Positions 37,963 to 48,564 of a stretch of 64,000 nt of DNA are shown piece by piece. Under the pieces are notes generated by a model. The model was given only the letters and a program-made list of their open reading frames with translations, was not told where the DNA came from and did not search any database. Each line of letters opens with the position of its first letter. Position 1 is the stretch's first letter. Source of the DNA: an uncultured Candidatus Entotheonella sp. (lineage in GTDB: Bacteria; Tectomicrobia; Entotheonellia; Entotheonellales; Entotheonellaceae); assembly GCA_965217185.1 (NCBI GenBank), contig OZ244252.1:1184001-1248000 (forward strand), in the 5' to 3' direction. Made by a program: the position numbers and the translations under genes.

Positions 37963-38667
37963 ATGGCCAAGAAACCGACGGCGCGCGGGTCGAAGTCCCG
38001 GCGGTCCAACGCCAATCTATCCGCTAAGCGGCGCCAGAAATTCATTTTGGGCGGCGTCATTCTGATTCTCGTCTTGGCTGCCGGCGTGGCAATTCGCTCC
38101 TGGCAGCAGCGAAGTCTGCCGCTTCGCCTGCAGGGCGCTTTGGATAACCATTACAGTAAGGGTGTGCCTGATGCACCCGTTGTAATGAAGGAATTCAGCG
38201 ACTATACGTGACCCCACTGCAAGGCGCTCCAGGAGACGATGGAGCGCATGCTTGCCCGGTTTGAGGGCGATGTGCAACTGGTGTTGTATCCTTTCGCCCT
38301 GAATGCTACCAGCGAGGTCGCCACGCAAGCCGCTTTGTGCGCTGGCGAGCAGGGACAATTCTGGGAATTTCACCGCATGCTATATGCTCGCCAGGAACAG
38401 TGGCGCCGCCTGTCCGATCCCCGCCAACGTCTGCAGGAATTCGCCGAGGGTATCGGGGTCGATACCGCCGCCCTCGCCAGTTGCGTGAGAAGCGGCCGCA
38501 TGGAAAAGCTGATCAATGCCGATAAGGCATACGGCCGCAGCCTTGGCGTGCGCAGTACCCCCACCGTCTTTATCAACGACAAGCGCATCGTCGGGGCGCA
38601 ACAGGAAGGCGACTTCGTTCGCACCATCCGACAGGAACTGGACCGTGCACGACGGGAAGCACAGTAA
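37963..38667 (+). CDS. DsbA/BdbD-like thioredoxin-fold selenoprotein (in-frame UGA = Sec; U-P-H-C active site)
   Basis: ORFs 37960-38211 and 38239-38667 share one frame and read EFSDYT-TGA-PHC, so the TGA occupies the first Cys position of CxxC. Also cis-Pro loop STPTVFIN, an N-terminal TM anchor and a SECIS-like hairpin downstream. Confidence 0.88.
38219..38255 (+). promoter_or_regulatory. Bacterial SECIS-like hairpin
   Basis: 8-bp stem GCGCTCCA/TGGAGCGC, loop GGAGACGA starting with G 21 nt after the UGA, lower stem GCAAG/CTTGC. Confidence 0.75.
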
Positions 38668-39154
38668 ACCGTCGCGCCTTCGGGCGCTTGGGCAGCGTGT
38701 CAGTGCCGCGCCGTGGGTGGCTGTCGCGGCGCGGGCGCTTGTCGGCGGATTGTTCGTGTTTTCGGGGATCAGTAAACTCATCTTGCCCCACGGCGAGGTG
38801 ATGGCGCTAGTGAAACAGTACCAGGTGATCCCCGATTTCCTGGTGTCCCCGATTGCCGCCGGGCTGCCGTGGCTCGAGCTCGCCTCCGGCACGGCCTTGT
38901 GCATCGGTTTTCTGACGACGCCGGCTGCGTGGTTGGTTGGCATCCAACTGGTTGCCTTCAGCGTGTTGATGGTCGTGGTGTTGGTGGCGCAGATTCCCAT
39001 CGACGACTGCGGCTGTTTCGGGAATCTGGGAATTCGTGAAACACCTCTGCACGTCCTTATCCGTGACCTCATTCTGTTGGGCATGTTGGCTTCCGTGCTT
39101 GTAAGGCGGCATGATGCCTGGGGCATCGACGCTTGGTCTGGCGGAACCGGCTGA
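38645..39154 (+). CDS. MauE/DoxX-family membrane protein
   Basis: ARALVGGLFVFSGISK, LPWLE, DDCGCFG and LIRDL motifs; overlaps the end of the DsbA gene. Start uncertain (GTG 38645). Confidence 0.85.
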   Translation: MHDGKHSKPSRLRALGQRVSAAPWVAVAARALVGGLFVFSGISKLILPHGEVMALVKQYQVIPDFLVSPIAAGLPWLELASGTALCIGFLTTPAAWLVGIQLVAFSVLMVVVLVAQIPIDDCGCFGNLGIRETPLHVLIRDLILLGMLASVLVRRHDAWGIDAWSGGTG

Positions 39155-39280
39155 ACGCCTACCGCTAATCCAGAAGGGCTCACGAGTGCCTCCCTCATTG
39201 GCGTCAGGGCTGTTGAACACGGCAAATCCTTTCAGTGCCATAACCCCTCCGTAGTTCTACGCGGTCCTTCTTCCCGATAA

Positions 39281-40621
<1,341 letters not shown>

Positions 40622-40744
40622 ACCTTGTGGTTGTGGGTTGAAAACACGATGCCGGTTGTCTATTGCGTGGCAGTGACGACCATAAGTCCGACTCAGCCAC
40701 GGCAGGCCAGATCGTCATGTCCGGTGAATCATTGATGCAAGTCC

Positions 40745-42401
40745 TCAGTCCCTCTCCCCATCACGCCGCCGTACCTCGTCCTGGACTTCATCCATCAGGA
40801 GTACCAGGTCCAAAACCTCGTCGCTGGTAACGGTGCCCAGGAACTTGCCCGATTCCCGTTCCATGATCGGGATGACAGTCAGTGAGTGGTCCGCCATCCG
40901 TTGCAACACATCGTCCACCGGCTCATCGGGCCAGGCCCGCGGGACGTTGCCACGCAGCACCTCGTTCAGAGGCGTATTCGACCCATGTGTCTTTGCGTAG
41001 AAAGCGCAACCTGCTCAGCGACACGATGCCTACGGGGACGCCTTCGTCTACGACCAGATAGTCGTACTGATTCGGCACAGTCCAATCGTCGGAGAAGCTC
41101 TGAACCGACAACCCCGAACCGGGATAGGCGCGCGTCCGGTCCGTGACGGAACCCACCAAGACCCCTTCCAGTGCATGGCGGGCGAAAGCAGGCGGCACGA
41201 CACCCGGATGTTCGGGAGGGTCCGATGCCTTGGCCCTGCTGATTACCACACCGATGACCTGAGGCATCAGCAGGATGTATCCGAGCATGATGAGCACCAA
41301 CAGCGAGAAAACGTCGTGACCAATTACGCCGGTTTCGTACAAGACTATGAGGAGGGCTATCTCGGCCACGCCTTTTGCCATCAGACCTGTGGTCAGGACC
41401 AACGGCGTATCCAACCGCGCCATATAAATGCCAATAAAGGCGCCGGCGAGCTTTCCCAGCATGGGGATGAACACCAGGGCGACGATGGTCGTGGCCGGTA
41501 AGCTGACAAAGGAAAAATCCAGGTGCAAGCCAGCCGAGGCGAAGAAGAGCGGAACGAACAGCCCTTCCGCCATACTCCGCATACCGGGCATGATGTCCCG
41601 GCGCATCCGGTTGGGCAGTCCTGACAACGAAGCGCCGAACAGCAGGGCTCCCAGGGAACCGTGCAGACCGATTTCCTCGGCTCCCACCACCACCAGAAAG
41701 AGCCCGCCAAACAGCAGCCCGAACGACAGATCGGGCGCGTTCAGGAAGCGCTCCAGGAGCGTGATGGCTTGGGGAAGCAGCTTGGCCGACATGAACCAGG
41801 TAATCACTGCGAAGCCAACGATTTCCAGCAGCAGAAGGAACATCCCGGCAGCGCTCAGGCCGTGCTCGTGCTCGCCGATGGTAACGCCCACTACCAGCAG
41901 GCTGCTTACCTCCGCGATAATTACGACGGTGAATATCCTGAGCCCGATCAGTTCTTTGAGCAGGTTCTTGTCGGCCAGTACTTTGGCCACAACGCCGAGG
42001 CTGGATAGCGACAGAATGCCGGCGAGGCACAGGGCCTTGTCGAATTGGAGGTCCAGAGCGAAATCGACGGGGAGGAGATCGGACGTGACGATCAGGGAGG
42101 CGAGAATCGGAATGACCACCGACAGCACGCCGACCACGAAATACCGGCCGCCGACGGTTGCCATGAAGCCGGGAAGGTCGAGTTCGTCGAGACCGATGAG
42201 GAAGAAAAGAACGAAGATCCCGACGCTCAGGAAGAGTTGAATATCTCCGGTTGGCTCGACGATCCCGGCAACGGGTCCCAGCAACACCCCGGCCAGGGTG
42301 TAGGCCACGATCGAAACCAAGCCGAACCGGCGCAAAACGCCCTCGGTCAGCTTGGCTACGACAACAAGCAATCCAATGTGGAGCAGGGATTCGCTGATCA
42401 T
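40745..42401 (-). pseudogene. CPA2 cation:proton antiporter with a C-terminal CBS pair, frameshifted near 40983 (real or sequencing error)
   Basis: FLIGLDE, FVPLFFASAGL and MAKGVAEI motifs. Removing one G from TGGG at 40982-40985 fuses the ORF to WSNTPLNEVL...WPDEPVDDVLQRM...FLGTVTSDEVL. Confidence 0.82.
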
Positions 42402-42513
42402 GCTGACGATGGGCTTAGGAAATCAGGGAAACACGGAATCTAGAAGTTGCGGTGTCGTGTATCTGTAAATACTGCCTTTTAGGCGTCAAGTTGTCACGGC
42501 ATTTTTCCACGCC

Positions 42514-43392
42514 TTACGCGCCCAATCCTACCACATCCAACGCCACGTCCAACGCCGCGGAACTGTGCGTCAGCCAGCCGGCAGACAGCAGGTCAACACC
42601 GGTAGCGGCAACCTGACGGGCCGTATCCGGCGTGATGCCGCCGGAGGCTTCGGTGAGAACGCGGCCGTCGACCATCCGCACGGCCTCGACGAGTTGCTCG
42701 GGGGGCATGTTATCCAGCAGCACTGCGTCAATGCGGCACGACAGCGCCTCGTCGAGTTGCGTCAGGGTGTCGACTTCGACCTCCACCTTGACCAGATGCC
42801 CCACCGCTGCGTGAACCCGGCGAACGGCTTCGGTGATACCGCCAGCCACGATGAGGTGATTGTCCTTGATGAGCACGGCGTCGTCCAGTCCAAAACGGTG
42901 ATTGGCGCCACCGCCGCAGCGCACGGCGTATTTTTCCAGCAGCCGCAGGCCAGGGGTCGTTTTGCGGGTGCAAACGACGCGCGTGGTGTAGCCCTGCACG
43001 GCCTGCACCAAGCCTTGGGTGGCACTGGCGATGCCGGACAGCCCTCCCAGAAAGTTCAGAGCGATGCGTTCGGCGCTCAGCAGCCCGCGAGCCGAGCCAC
43101 AAATAGTAGCCAGTGTCTGGTGGGGCTCCACGGCGTCACCGTCGTGCCGGTGCCAGGAGATGTCAACGTCGGGATCCATCAAGCGGAATGCGGTGGCCGC
43201 CACCGGCAGGCCGGCCAGGCAGCCGCCGCGGCGGGCTATCAGGTAGCCAGTGGCGTGGGCCTCCGGCGGCACGATGGCGTTGGTTGTGAGGTCGCCGGCG
43301 CGCCCGAGATCCTCAATCAGGGCGGCACGTACCAGTGACTCGTATTGCAGGGGGTACAGAGGCAAGGGGCTGGCGGTCTGCGCCCCGCTCAT
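42514..43392 (-). CDS. nadC: Nicotinate-nucleotide diphosphorylase (quinolinate phosphoribosyltransferase)
   Basis: EDLGRAGDLTT, TRKTTPG, HRFGLDD, LLDNM and EASGGI motifs. Confidence 0.95.
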   Translation of the reverse strand: MSGAQTASPLPLYPLQYESLVRAALIEDLGRAGDLTTNAIVPPEAHATGYLIARRGGCLAGLPVAATAFRLMDPDVDISWHRHDGDAVEPHQTLATICGSARGLLSAERIALNFLGGLSGIASATQGLVQAVQGYTTRVVCTRKTTPGLRLLEKYAVRCGGGANHRFGLDDAVLIKDNHLIVAGGITEAVRRVHAAVGHLVKVEVEVDTLTQLDEALSCRIDAVLLDNMPPEQLVEAVRMVDGRVLTEASGGITPDTARQVAATGVDLLSAGWLTHSSAALDVALDVVGLGA

Positions 43393-44432
43393 CGACCTTC
43401 TCCGCGACCCAGTTCCAGCATGCGCTGCACGGAACGGCGGGCGCGATCGGCGACCTCGGCCTCCACTTCGACGGGATATTCCATGTGTTCCAGGGCTCGC
43501 AGGATTTTCTTCAACGTAATCCGCTTCATGTGCGGGCACAGATTGCAGGGGCGGATGAAATCGACGTTCGGCAGCGCCACGGCCACGTTGTCGCTCATGG
43601 AGCATTCGGTCAGCATGACCACCTGGGCGGGCTGCTGTTTTTCCAAATGGCGCACCATGCCGGCGGTGGAGCCGACGAAATCGGCTTCTGCCAGCACGTC
43701 GGGCGGACATTCCGGATGGGCCAGGACGTACACGTCCGGGTGGTCTTCGCGGTACAGGTGCAACTCGGCGGCGGAGAAGCGTTCGTGCACCTCGCAGTGG
43801 CCGTGCCACAGGATGACCTCGACGGAGGTTTGCTTGGCGACGTACTTGCCGAGGTATTCGTCGGGGATAAAGATGACGCGATCGACGCCGAGGGATTCGA
43901 CCGCCTGTACGGCGTTGGCGGAGGTACAGCAGAGGTCGGATTCGGCTTTCACCGCGGCGCTGGTATTAACGTAGGTGACCACGGGAACACCGGGGTGCCG
44001 CTGTCTCAAGGCACGCACGTCGGCGGCGGTGATGGACGAAGCGAGCGAGCAGCCGGCCTCCAGGTCAGGGATGAGCACGGTTTTGTCGGGATTGAGTAGT
44101 TTGGCGGTCTCGGCCATGAAATGCACACCGCACAGGACAATTACGTCGGCGTCCGTTTCGGCGGCCTGCTGGGCAAGGGCAAGGGAGTCGCCGGTGAGGT
44201 CGGCAACACCGTGGAAAATTTCGGGTGTCTGGTAATTGTGAGCCAGGATGACGGCATGGCGCTCGGCCTTGAGGGCTTCGATGGCCGCCACGTAGGGCGC
44301 GTGCACGGCCCACTCCGCTTCGGGAATGACCGCCTGCAAGCGTTCATAACGCGGCGCCAGAGCCGCCGCCAACTCCGGCGTATACGGCTGCAGCGGCACG
44401 GAGGACGTGGCTACAGGAGGTTCTTGAAGCAT
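43389..44432 (-). CDS. nadA: Quinolinate synthase
   Basis: LAHNYQ, CGVHFMAE, AGCSLA, YVNTS, CEVH, HPEC and CNLCPHM motifs. Confidence 0.96.
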   Translation of the reverse strand: MLQEPPVATSSVPLQPYTPELAAALAPRYERLQAVIPEAEWAVHAPYVAAIEALKAERHAVILAHNYQTPEIFHGVADLTGDSLALAQQAAETDADVIVLCGVHFMAETAKLLNPDKTVLIPDLEAGCSLASSITAADVRALRQRHPGVPVVTYVNTSAAVKAESDLCCTSANAVQAVESLGVDRVIFIPDEYLGKYVAKQTSVEVILWHGHCEVHERFSAAELHLYREDHPDVYVLAHPECPPDVLAEADFVGSTAGMVRHLEKQQPAQVVMLTECSMSDNVAVALPNVDFIRPCNLCPHMKRITLKKILRALEHMEYPVEVEAEVADRARRSVQRMLELGRGEGR

Positions 44433-44442
44433 ATTCGTTTCC

Positions 44443-44463
44443 TTATACTCATATTGAGCATAT
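44443..44463. promoter_or_regulatory. NadQ operator
   Basis: TTATACTCATATTGAGCATAT matches the known ttATRCTCannntGAGYATaa NadQ box and lies just upstream of the nadA start. Confidence 0.85.
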
Positions 44464-44472
44464 TAGATGGGT

Positions 44473-44501
44473 AAAAAAAGAAGCCGACCCATTCCGGCTT
44501 C
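44473..44501 (-). terminator. Rho-independent terminator between nadQ and nadA
   Basis: Minus strand: 7-bp stem GAAGCCG/CGGCTTC followed by a U7 tract. Confidence 0.65.
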
Positions 44502-44595
44502 CTGCATCCTCCCTATGTGAAGGTTCGATTAGGCTACGTCTGAGCAAAACAAATGTCAAGACCACGGAAACGGTAACACCTCCTGACACCCATCC

Positions 44596-45630
44596 CTACA
44601 CCCGGGCTTGGGGGCCGGGAAGCCGGACGCCGGGAGCGGCGCGCTCACGTAGAACCTCGCGGCGGAAAGCGAATAATTCGGCGGGTCGTCCGCCGGTTTC
44701 TTCGTCATATTGACCCGTTCCCTCGACCAAGCCCCCGCGTTCGACCAGCCGTCGAAAATTCTGCTTGTGCAACCGGATACCCGCCAGCGCCTCGACGACC
44801 CTCTGCAGGTGTGACAGCGTAAACACGGGCGGCAATAACTCGAAGACCACAGGGCGATATTTGATCTTGCCCCGCAGGCGGCCGAGGGCGGTGGCCAGAA
44901 TGCGCCGGTGGTCCAGGGCCATGGGACGGCCAAGGCTCTCCGCCTCTGGAGGCGTTGGCTCGCCGACGTCACTGGCCGCCTCGCCGACGAGGCGGGCTTC
45001 GTACAGCAATTCGTAGCGTTCCAGGGTGCGCTCGGTATCCCACGGCGTCCGGTGCAGGCCGAAGGCAATGTCCCGGCGTTCCCGGCGCGCACGTGTATCA
45101 GGCGTATCGGATGCCTGGGTCAACCAGCTTTCCAACGCCGGTGTGATGGTCTGAGAGATGAGCGACGGCGGACCAGAACGCCAGTCTTCCCACGGAAAGT
45201 AATCGTACCAGTCGCGCCAATGCGCCTCGCCGCTTCCGGCAAGTTGCTGCTCGCGCACTAGCGCCAGGTAGGCGACGGAAATCATCCACGGTCCGCCCTG
45301 CCCTGCCCGCGGGTCCCGAAAGCGATCGCCGAACGTGTAAAGCTGTTCGACGTACCCCAGTCGAATGCCCGTCTGCTGCCGCGCCCAACTTCGCAATCCG
45401 CGCTCCAAGGTGCGGTGCTGCTCCGGCCGCAGCGGCCCGAACGGTAGCGCGTCCGCCGGTCCGCCGCCCGCCAACGCGTGGTCGGTACGACTGACCGTCA
45501 GTACGCGCGGCACCTCGTCCGTCACCGCCACGATGACCGCGTTCAGGCCGACGACAACGGACGGGGCCGTCGCGGATGTGGACTTTCTGGGCAGGCGAGC
45601 GGATTCCAAAGCAGCGCTGCGTGTGGCCAT
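44596..45630 (-). CDS. nadQ: NAD biosynthesis transcriptional regulator NadQ (Nudix-like plus wHTH)
   Basis: LGYVEQLYTFGDR, ERYELLYEA, DHRRILATALGRLRGKIKYRP, HKQNFRRL and GGRPA motifs; adjacent to nadAC and its operator. Confidence 0.9.
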   Translation of the reverse strand: MATRSAALESARLPRKSTSATAPSVVVGLNAVIVAVTDEVPRVLTVSRTDHALAGGGPADALPFGPLRPEQHRTLERGLRSWARQQTGIRLGYVEQLYTFGDRFRDPRAGQGGPWMISVAYLALVREQQLAGSGEAHWRDWYDYFPWEDWRSGPPSLISQTITPALESWLTQASDTPDTRARRERRDIAFGLHRTPWDTERTLERYELLYEARLVGEAASDVGEPTPPEAESLGRPMALDHRRILATALGRLRGKIKYRPVVFELLPPVFTLSHLQRVVEALAGIRLHKQNFRRLVERGGLVEGTGQYDEETGGRPAELFAFRREVLRERAAPGVRLPGPQARV

Positions 45631-45783
45631 GGGCAAGCCGGTTCCTCCGGTGATTTGTCCTGTCGTTCTCGCGTTTAGTGTACACCAGCAAGCCCGGTAC
45701 CGTGCTGTGCTCCAGCGGATATTTTCATCTTGACTTGCCAGTCGACGGTGAGGATAACTGCACGCAACAGGAGGCAATATGCT

Positions 45784-46317
45784 ATGGACCTTGTGACCCT
45801 ACGTGATGAATACGACTTGGCGCGGCTGTACACCCAGAGCCTCTACGGGGATCTGCCGGAGTCGGACGTGCAATGGCGGCCGAAGCCGAAGAGCAGCGCT
45901 ATCGCGTGGCATCTGGGACATCAAGCGGCGGTAAACCATTTTCTATTGCGCAATCTGTTTGACGCCGAGCCCAGCATTGAGCCGCGTTTTGACGCGTTGT
46001 TCGACGCCGCCAACCCGGAAGAAAACCGCGGCGACCTGCCCCCATTAGCCGACATCGTGGTGTACCGCGAGGCAGTGGCGACACGCACGCAGGCCCGCCT
46101 TGAGGAACTGCGGAGCGGCCAACGCGCCGCCCCTTCGCAGGCGTCGCACACCCTGCGGACCCTTCTGATCAACTTGATCAATCACGAATACCAACACGAC
46201 TGCTGGATCGGCGAGATGCGCCGGACGCGCGGTTATCCCGTTCCGGCGTCGGTGCTGTCGCAACGGGCGCGGCTGGTGGATGGCTATTGGATGTTGCCGA
46301 CGGACGGGGAACGATAG
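45784..46317 (+). CDS. DinB-family metalloprotein
   Basis: His triad from SAIAWHLGH and NHEYQH. Confidence 0.85.
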   Translation: MDLVTLRDEYDLARLYTQSLYGDLPESDVQWRPKPKSSAIAWHLGHQAAVNHFLLRNLFDAEPSIEPRFDALFDAANPEENRGDLPPLADIVVYREAVATRTQARLEELRSGQRAAPSQASHTLRTLLINLINHEYQHDCWIGEMRRTRGYPVPASVLSQRARLVDGYWMLPTDGER

Positions 46318-46335
46318 GGCTGGGGGAGAGGCGCC

Positions 46336-46569
46336 ATGGCAGACAATAATTCGCCGCGTCCGGGGTCGTCCTGGGCCGAGGCCATGCGCACCGCAGGTCC
46401 GTACCTGCATGTCGGCTGGACGCTGGTACTGACCATCCTGTTGGGGGTTCTTGCCGGGCGCTGGATCGATGGTCGCTGGGGCACGGAGCCGGCATTTCTG
46501 TTGGTTGGGGCGGTCTTGGGGATTGTACTGGGGATGTATTATTTTCTGTACACGGTCTTGAAGAAGTGA
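46336..46569 (+). CDS. AtpZ/AtpI-family small membrane protein (orphan)
   Basis: Two TM segments with the G-x-W-I-D-x-x-W-G-T-E-P signature. Confidence 0.82.
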   Translation: MADNNSPRPGSSWAEAMRTAGPYLHVGWTLVLTILLGVLAGRWIDGRWGTEPAFLLVGAVLGIVLGMYYFLYTVLKK

Positions 46570-46570
46570 T

Positions 46571-46597
46571 GCGGGCAGGCCCGAAACCTGCCCCTGC
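46571..46597 (-). repeat. REP-like palindrome (GTAG family), copy 1
   Basis: Reverse complement GCAGGGGCAGGTTTCGGGCCTGCCCGC is nearly the same as 61394-61420; forms a hairpin between convergent genes. Confidence 0.6.
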
Positions 46598-46620
46598 CGA
46601 AGCATTGACACCCCCACGCC

Positions 46621-47619
46621 TCAGGGCTTCAACACCACCTTGACGGCGGCGTCGGGCTGGTCCTGTATAGCGAACCCTTCGGGGGCTTCGTCCAGGTCGA
46701 GGGCATGGGAAATCAAGGGCTGGCGCTGGACCTTCCCACTTTCAACAAGCTCAATGGCGTGGCGGTAGTCGTCACCGGTCCAGGTCCAGGACCCATAAAT
46801 GGCGACATGCTTGCGCACCACTTGATTGAAATCCAGATTCGCGGGGCGCTCAAAAAGGGCGACGCACACCAGGCGGCCGTATTGCTGCTTCAGCATGAGC
46901 AGGCCCTGGTTAGGCGAAGCCGGCGCTCCGGCGCAGTCAATGACCAAATCGGCGTTGCCGCCGCGAACCCCGAAGCGCTCCACCGGCTTGGCGCCGCCGG
47001 TGAGCTCAATTACCGCTTCCACCGAATCGGTTTCAGTCAGGTTGACGGTAGCATCGGCGCCGAGGGATTTGGCCATGTCCAACCGGCGCTCGGAAGCGTC
47101 GACCGCGATGATGCGGCAATCGACCGTTGCTCGGATGGCCTGGATGCAGCCGAGACCGATGATGCCGGCACCGAGCACCACCACCGTCTCGCCGGCGACA
47201 GGCTGCCCAAGCGACACGCCGTGCAGGGAGGTAGCCAAGGGTTCGAGGGTGGCGCCATCCTCGAAGCTGATCCGCTCTGGCAGAATGTGCGGGCTGCGCT
47301 CGGTGACCGGCACCGGCACGTATTCCGCAAAGCCGCCCTGCCCCACTCCGGTAATGCGGTCGCCAACCCGAAAGCCGCTGACTTTCTCGCCCACCTCGAC
47401 GATCTCGCCGCTCAGCTCGTGACCCATGATGCGCCGGTGGTCGTCAATCGGGCGCCCCAACGTCTCGAACATCCCGAGCCGGTACATGTGCAGATCGGAG
47501 CCGCAGATTCCGCACGCCCTCACCCGCACCAACACGTCGTGATCGCCGATTTCCGGCCGATCAACCTCCTCCACCCGGATGTCCCGCGGCCCGTGATAGA
47601 CGGCTGCTTTCATTTGCAT
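46621..47619 (-). CDS. Zinc-dependent medium-chain dehydrogenase (MDR)
   Basis: GICGSDLH, MGHE, EPLA and GAGIIG motifs; lacks the four-Cys structural-Zn lobe. Confidence 0.9.
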   Translation of the reverse strand: MQMKAAVYHGPRDIRVEEVDRPEIGDHDVLVRVRACGICGSDLHMYRLGMFETLGRPIDDHRRIMGHELSGEIVEVGEKVSGFRVGDRITGVGQGGFAEYVPVPVTERSPHILPERISFEDGATLEPLATSLHGVSLGQPVAGETVVVLGAGIIGLGCIQAIRATVDCRIIAVDASERRLDMAKSLGADATVNLTETDSVEAVIELTGGAKPVERFGVRGGNADLVIDCAGAPASPNQGLLMLKQQYGRLVCVALFERPANLDFNQVVRKHVAIYGSWTWTGDDYRHAIELVESGKVQRQPLISHALDLDEAPEGFAIQDQPDAAVKVVLKP

Positions 47620-47691
47620 GCGTAATCCCCTTTGAATCGGTAGTGTTGGGTCGGCTCAACCGGCGCATCATACGTTCAGCACAGTGCGGGA

Positions 47692-48531
47692 TCAAGATGG
47701 CAAGTCGCGAGGCCCAACAACGCCGACCAGCCGCTGCAGGAAGCGGTGCACCTCGTCAGGGTCCCGTAGTGTATAGTAGGCCGCGGTTGGGCGCGGCGAC
47801 TCTGCAACCAGGATGCCGACGCCGCGGCCGTGAAGGGCGCCAAAGGCATCCTCGTCGGTGCGGTCATCGCCGATATAAATAGGCAGCACGTCGGCGGCGG
47901 GAAGCCGCAGGGCCTGCAAGATGAGAAGAACGGCCTTGCCTTTATGCCAGTCGAGGCGCGGCAGCAACTCGAACACCATCTTGCCCGTGCCTTTGCGCAG
48001 GCGGCTATGGCGGCTGAGGGCGCCGTCAACAGCAGCCTCAGCGGCGAGGGCGGCATCCGGCGCCAGTCCCCGCACGTGCACGGCGAGCGAGTACCTCTTG
48101 CGCTCCAGCAATGCTCCCCGCATGTGAGCGAGAGACTGCCGAAGTTCCGCCTCGGCGTCGTCCAGGTCCGGCAGAAACGCGGCTCCGTGCTCGCTTTGCA
48201 AACCCCGACCGCGTATGTCAAATCCGTGGCTGCCGGCATAGATAAGGTTGTCGAGGCCGACCAGACCCTCTACGTCGACGCGGTCGCGGCCGCTGACAAT
48301 GGCCACCGGACAGCGCTTGGCCAATGCTGCAAGCGTGCGGCGGACGGCCTCGTCCAGGATGGCCAACTCGGGGCGCGCCACGATGGGGGTCAGGGTGCCG
48401 TCGTAATCCAGGAACACAGCGGGCCGTTTGCGTTCCAGCTTCCGCGCCAGAACGGTGCCTGAATCAAGCGCCGAGGGCAAACGGGGCAATGCGGAATCGG
48501 CAGGGTTGGGCTGCTGCTGCGTCACGGGCAT
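47692..48531 (-). CDS. otsB: Trehalose-6-phosphate phosphatase
   Basis: FLDYDGTL, IVSGR, YAGSHG, WHKGKAV and YIGDDRTDEDAF motifs; ATG follows AGGAGG. Confidence 0.92.
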   Translation of the reverse strand: MPVTQQQPNPADSALPRLPSALDSGTVLARKLERKRPAVFLDYDGTLTPIVARPELAILDEAVRRTLAALAKRCPVAIVSGRDRVDVEGLVGLDNLIYAGSHGFDIRGRGLQSEHGAAFLPDLDDAEAELRQSLAHMRGALLERKRYSLAVHVRGLAPDAALAAEAAVDGALSRHSRLRKGTGKMVFELLPRLDWHKGKAVLLILQALRLPAADVLPIYIGDDRTDEDAFGALHGRGVGILVAESPRPTAAYYTLRDPDEVHRFLQRLVGVVGPRDLPS

Positions 48532-48564
48532 GCCTCCTGAACGGATGAAGGATTGCGAGTCTTT

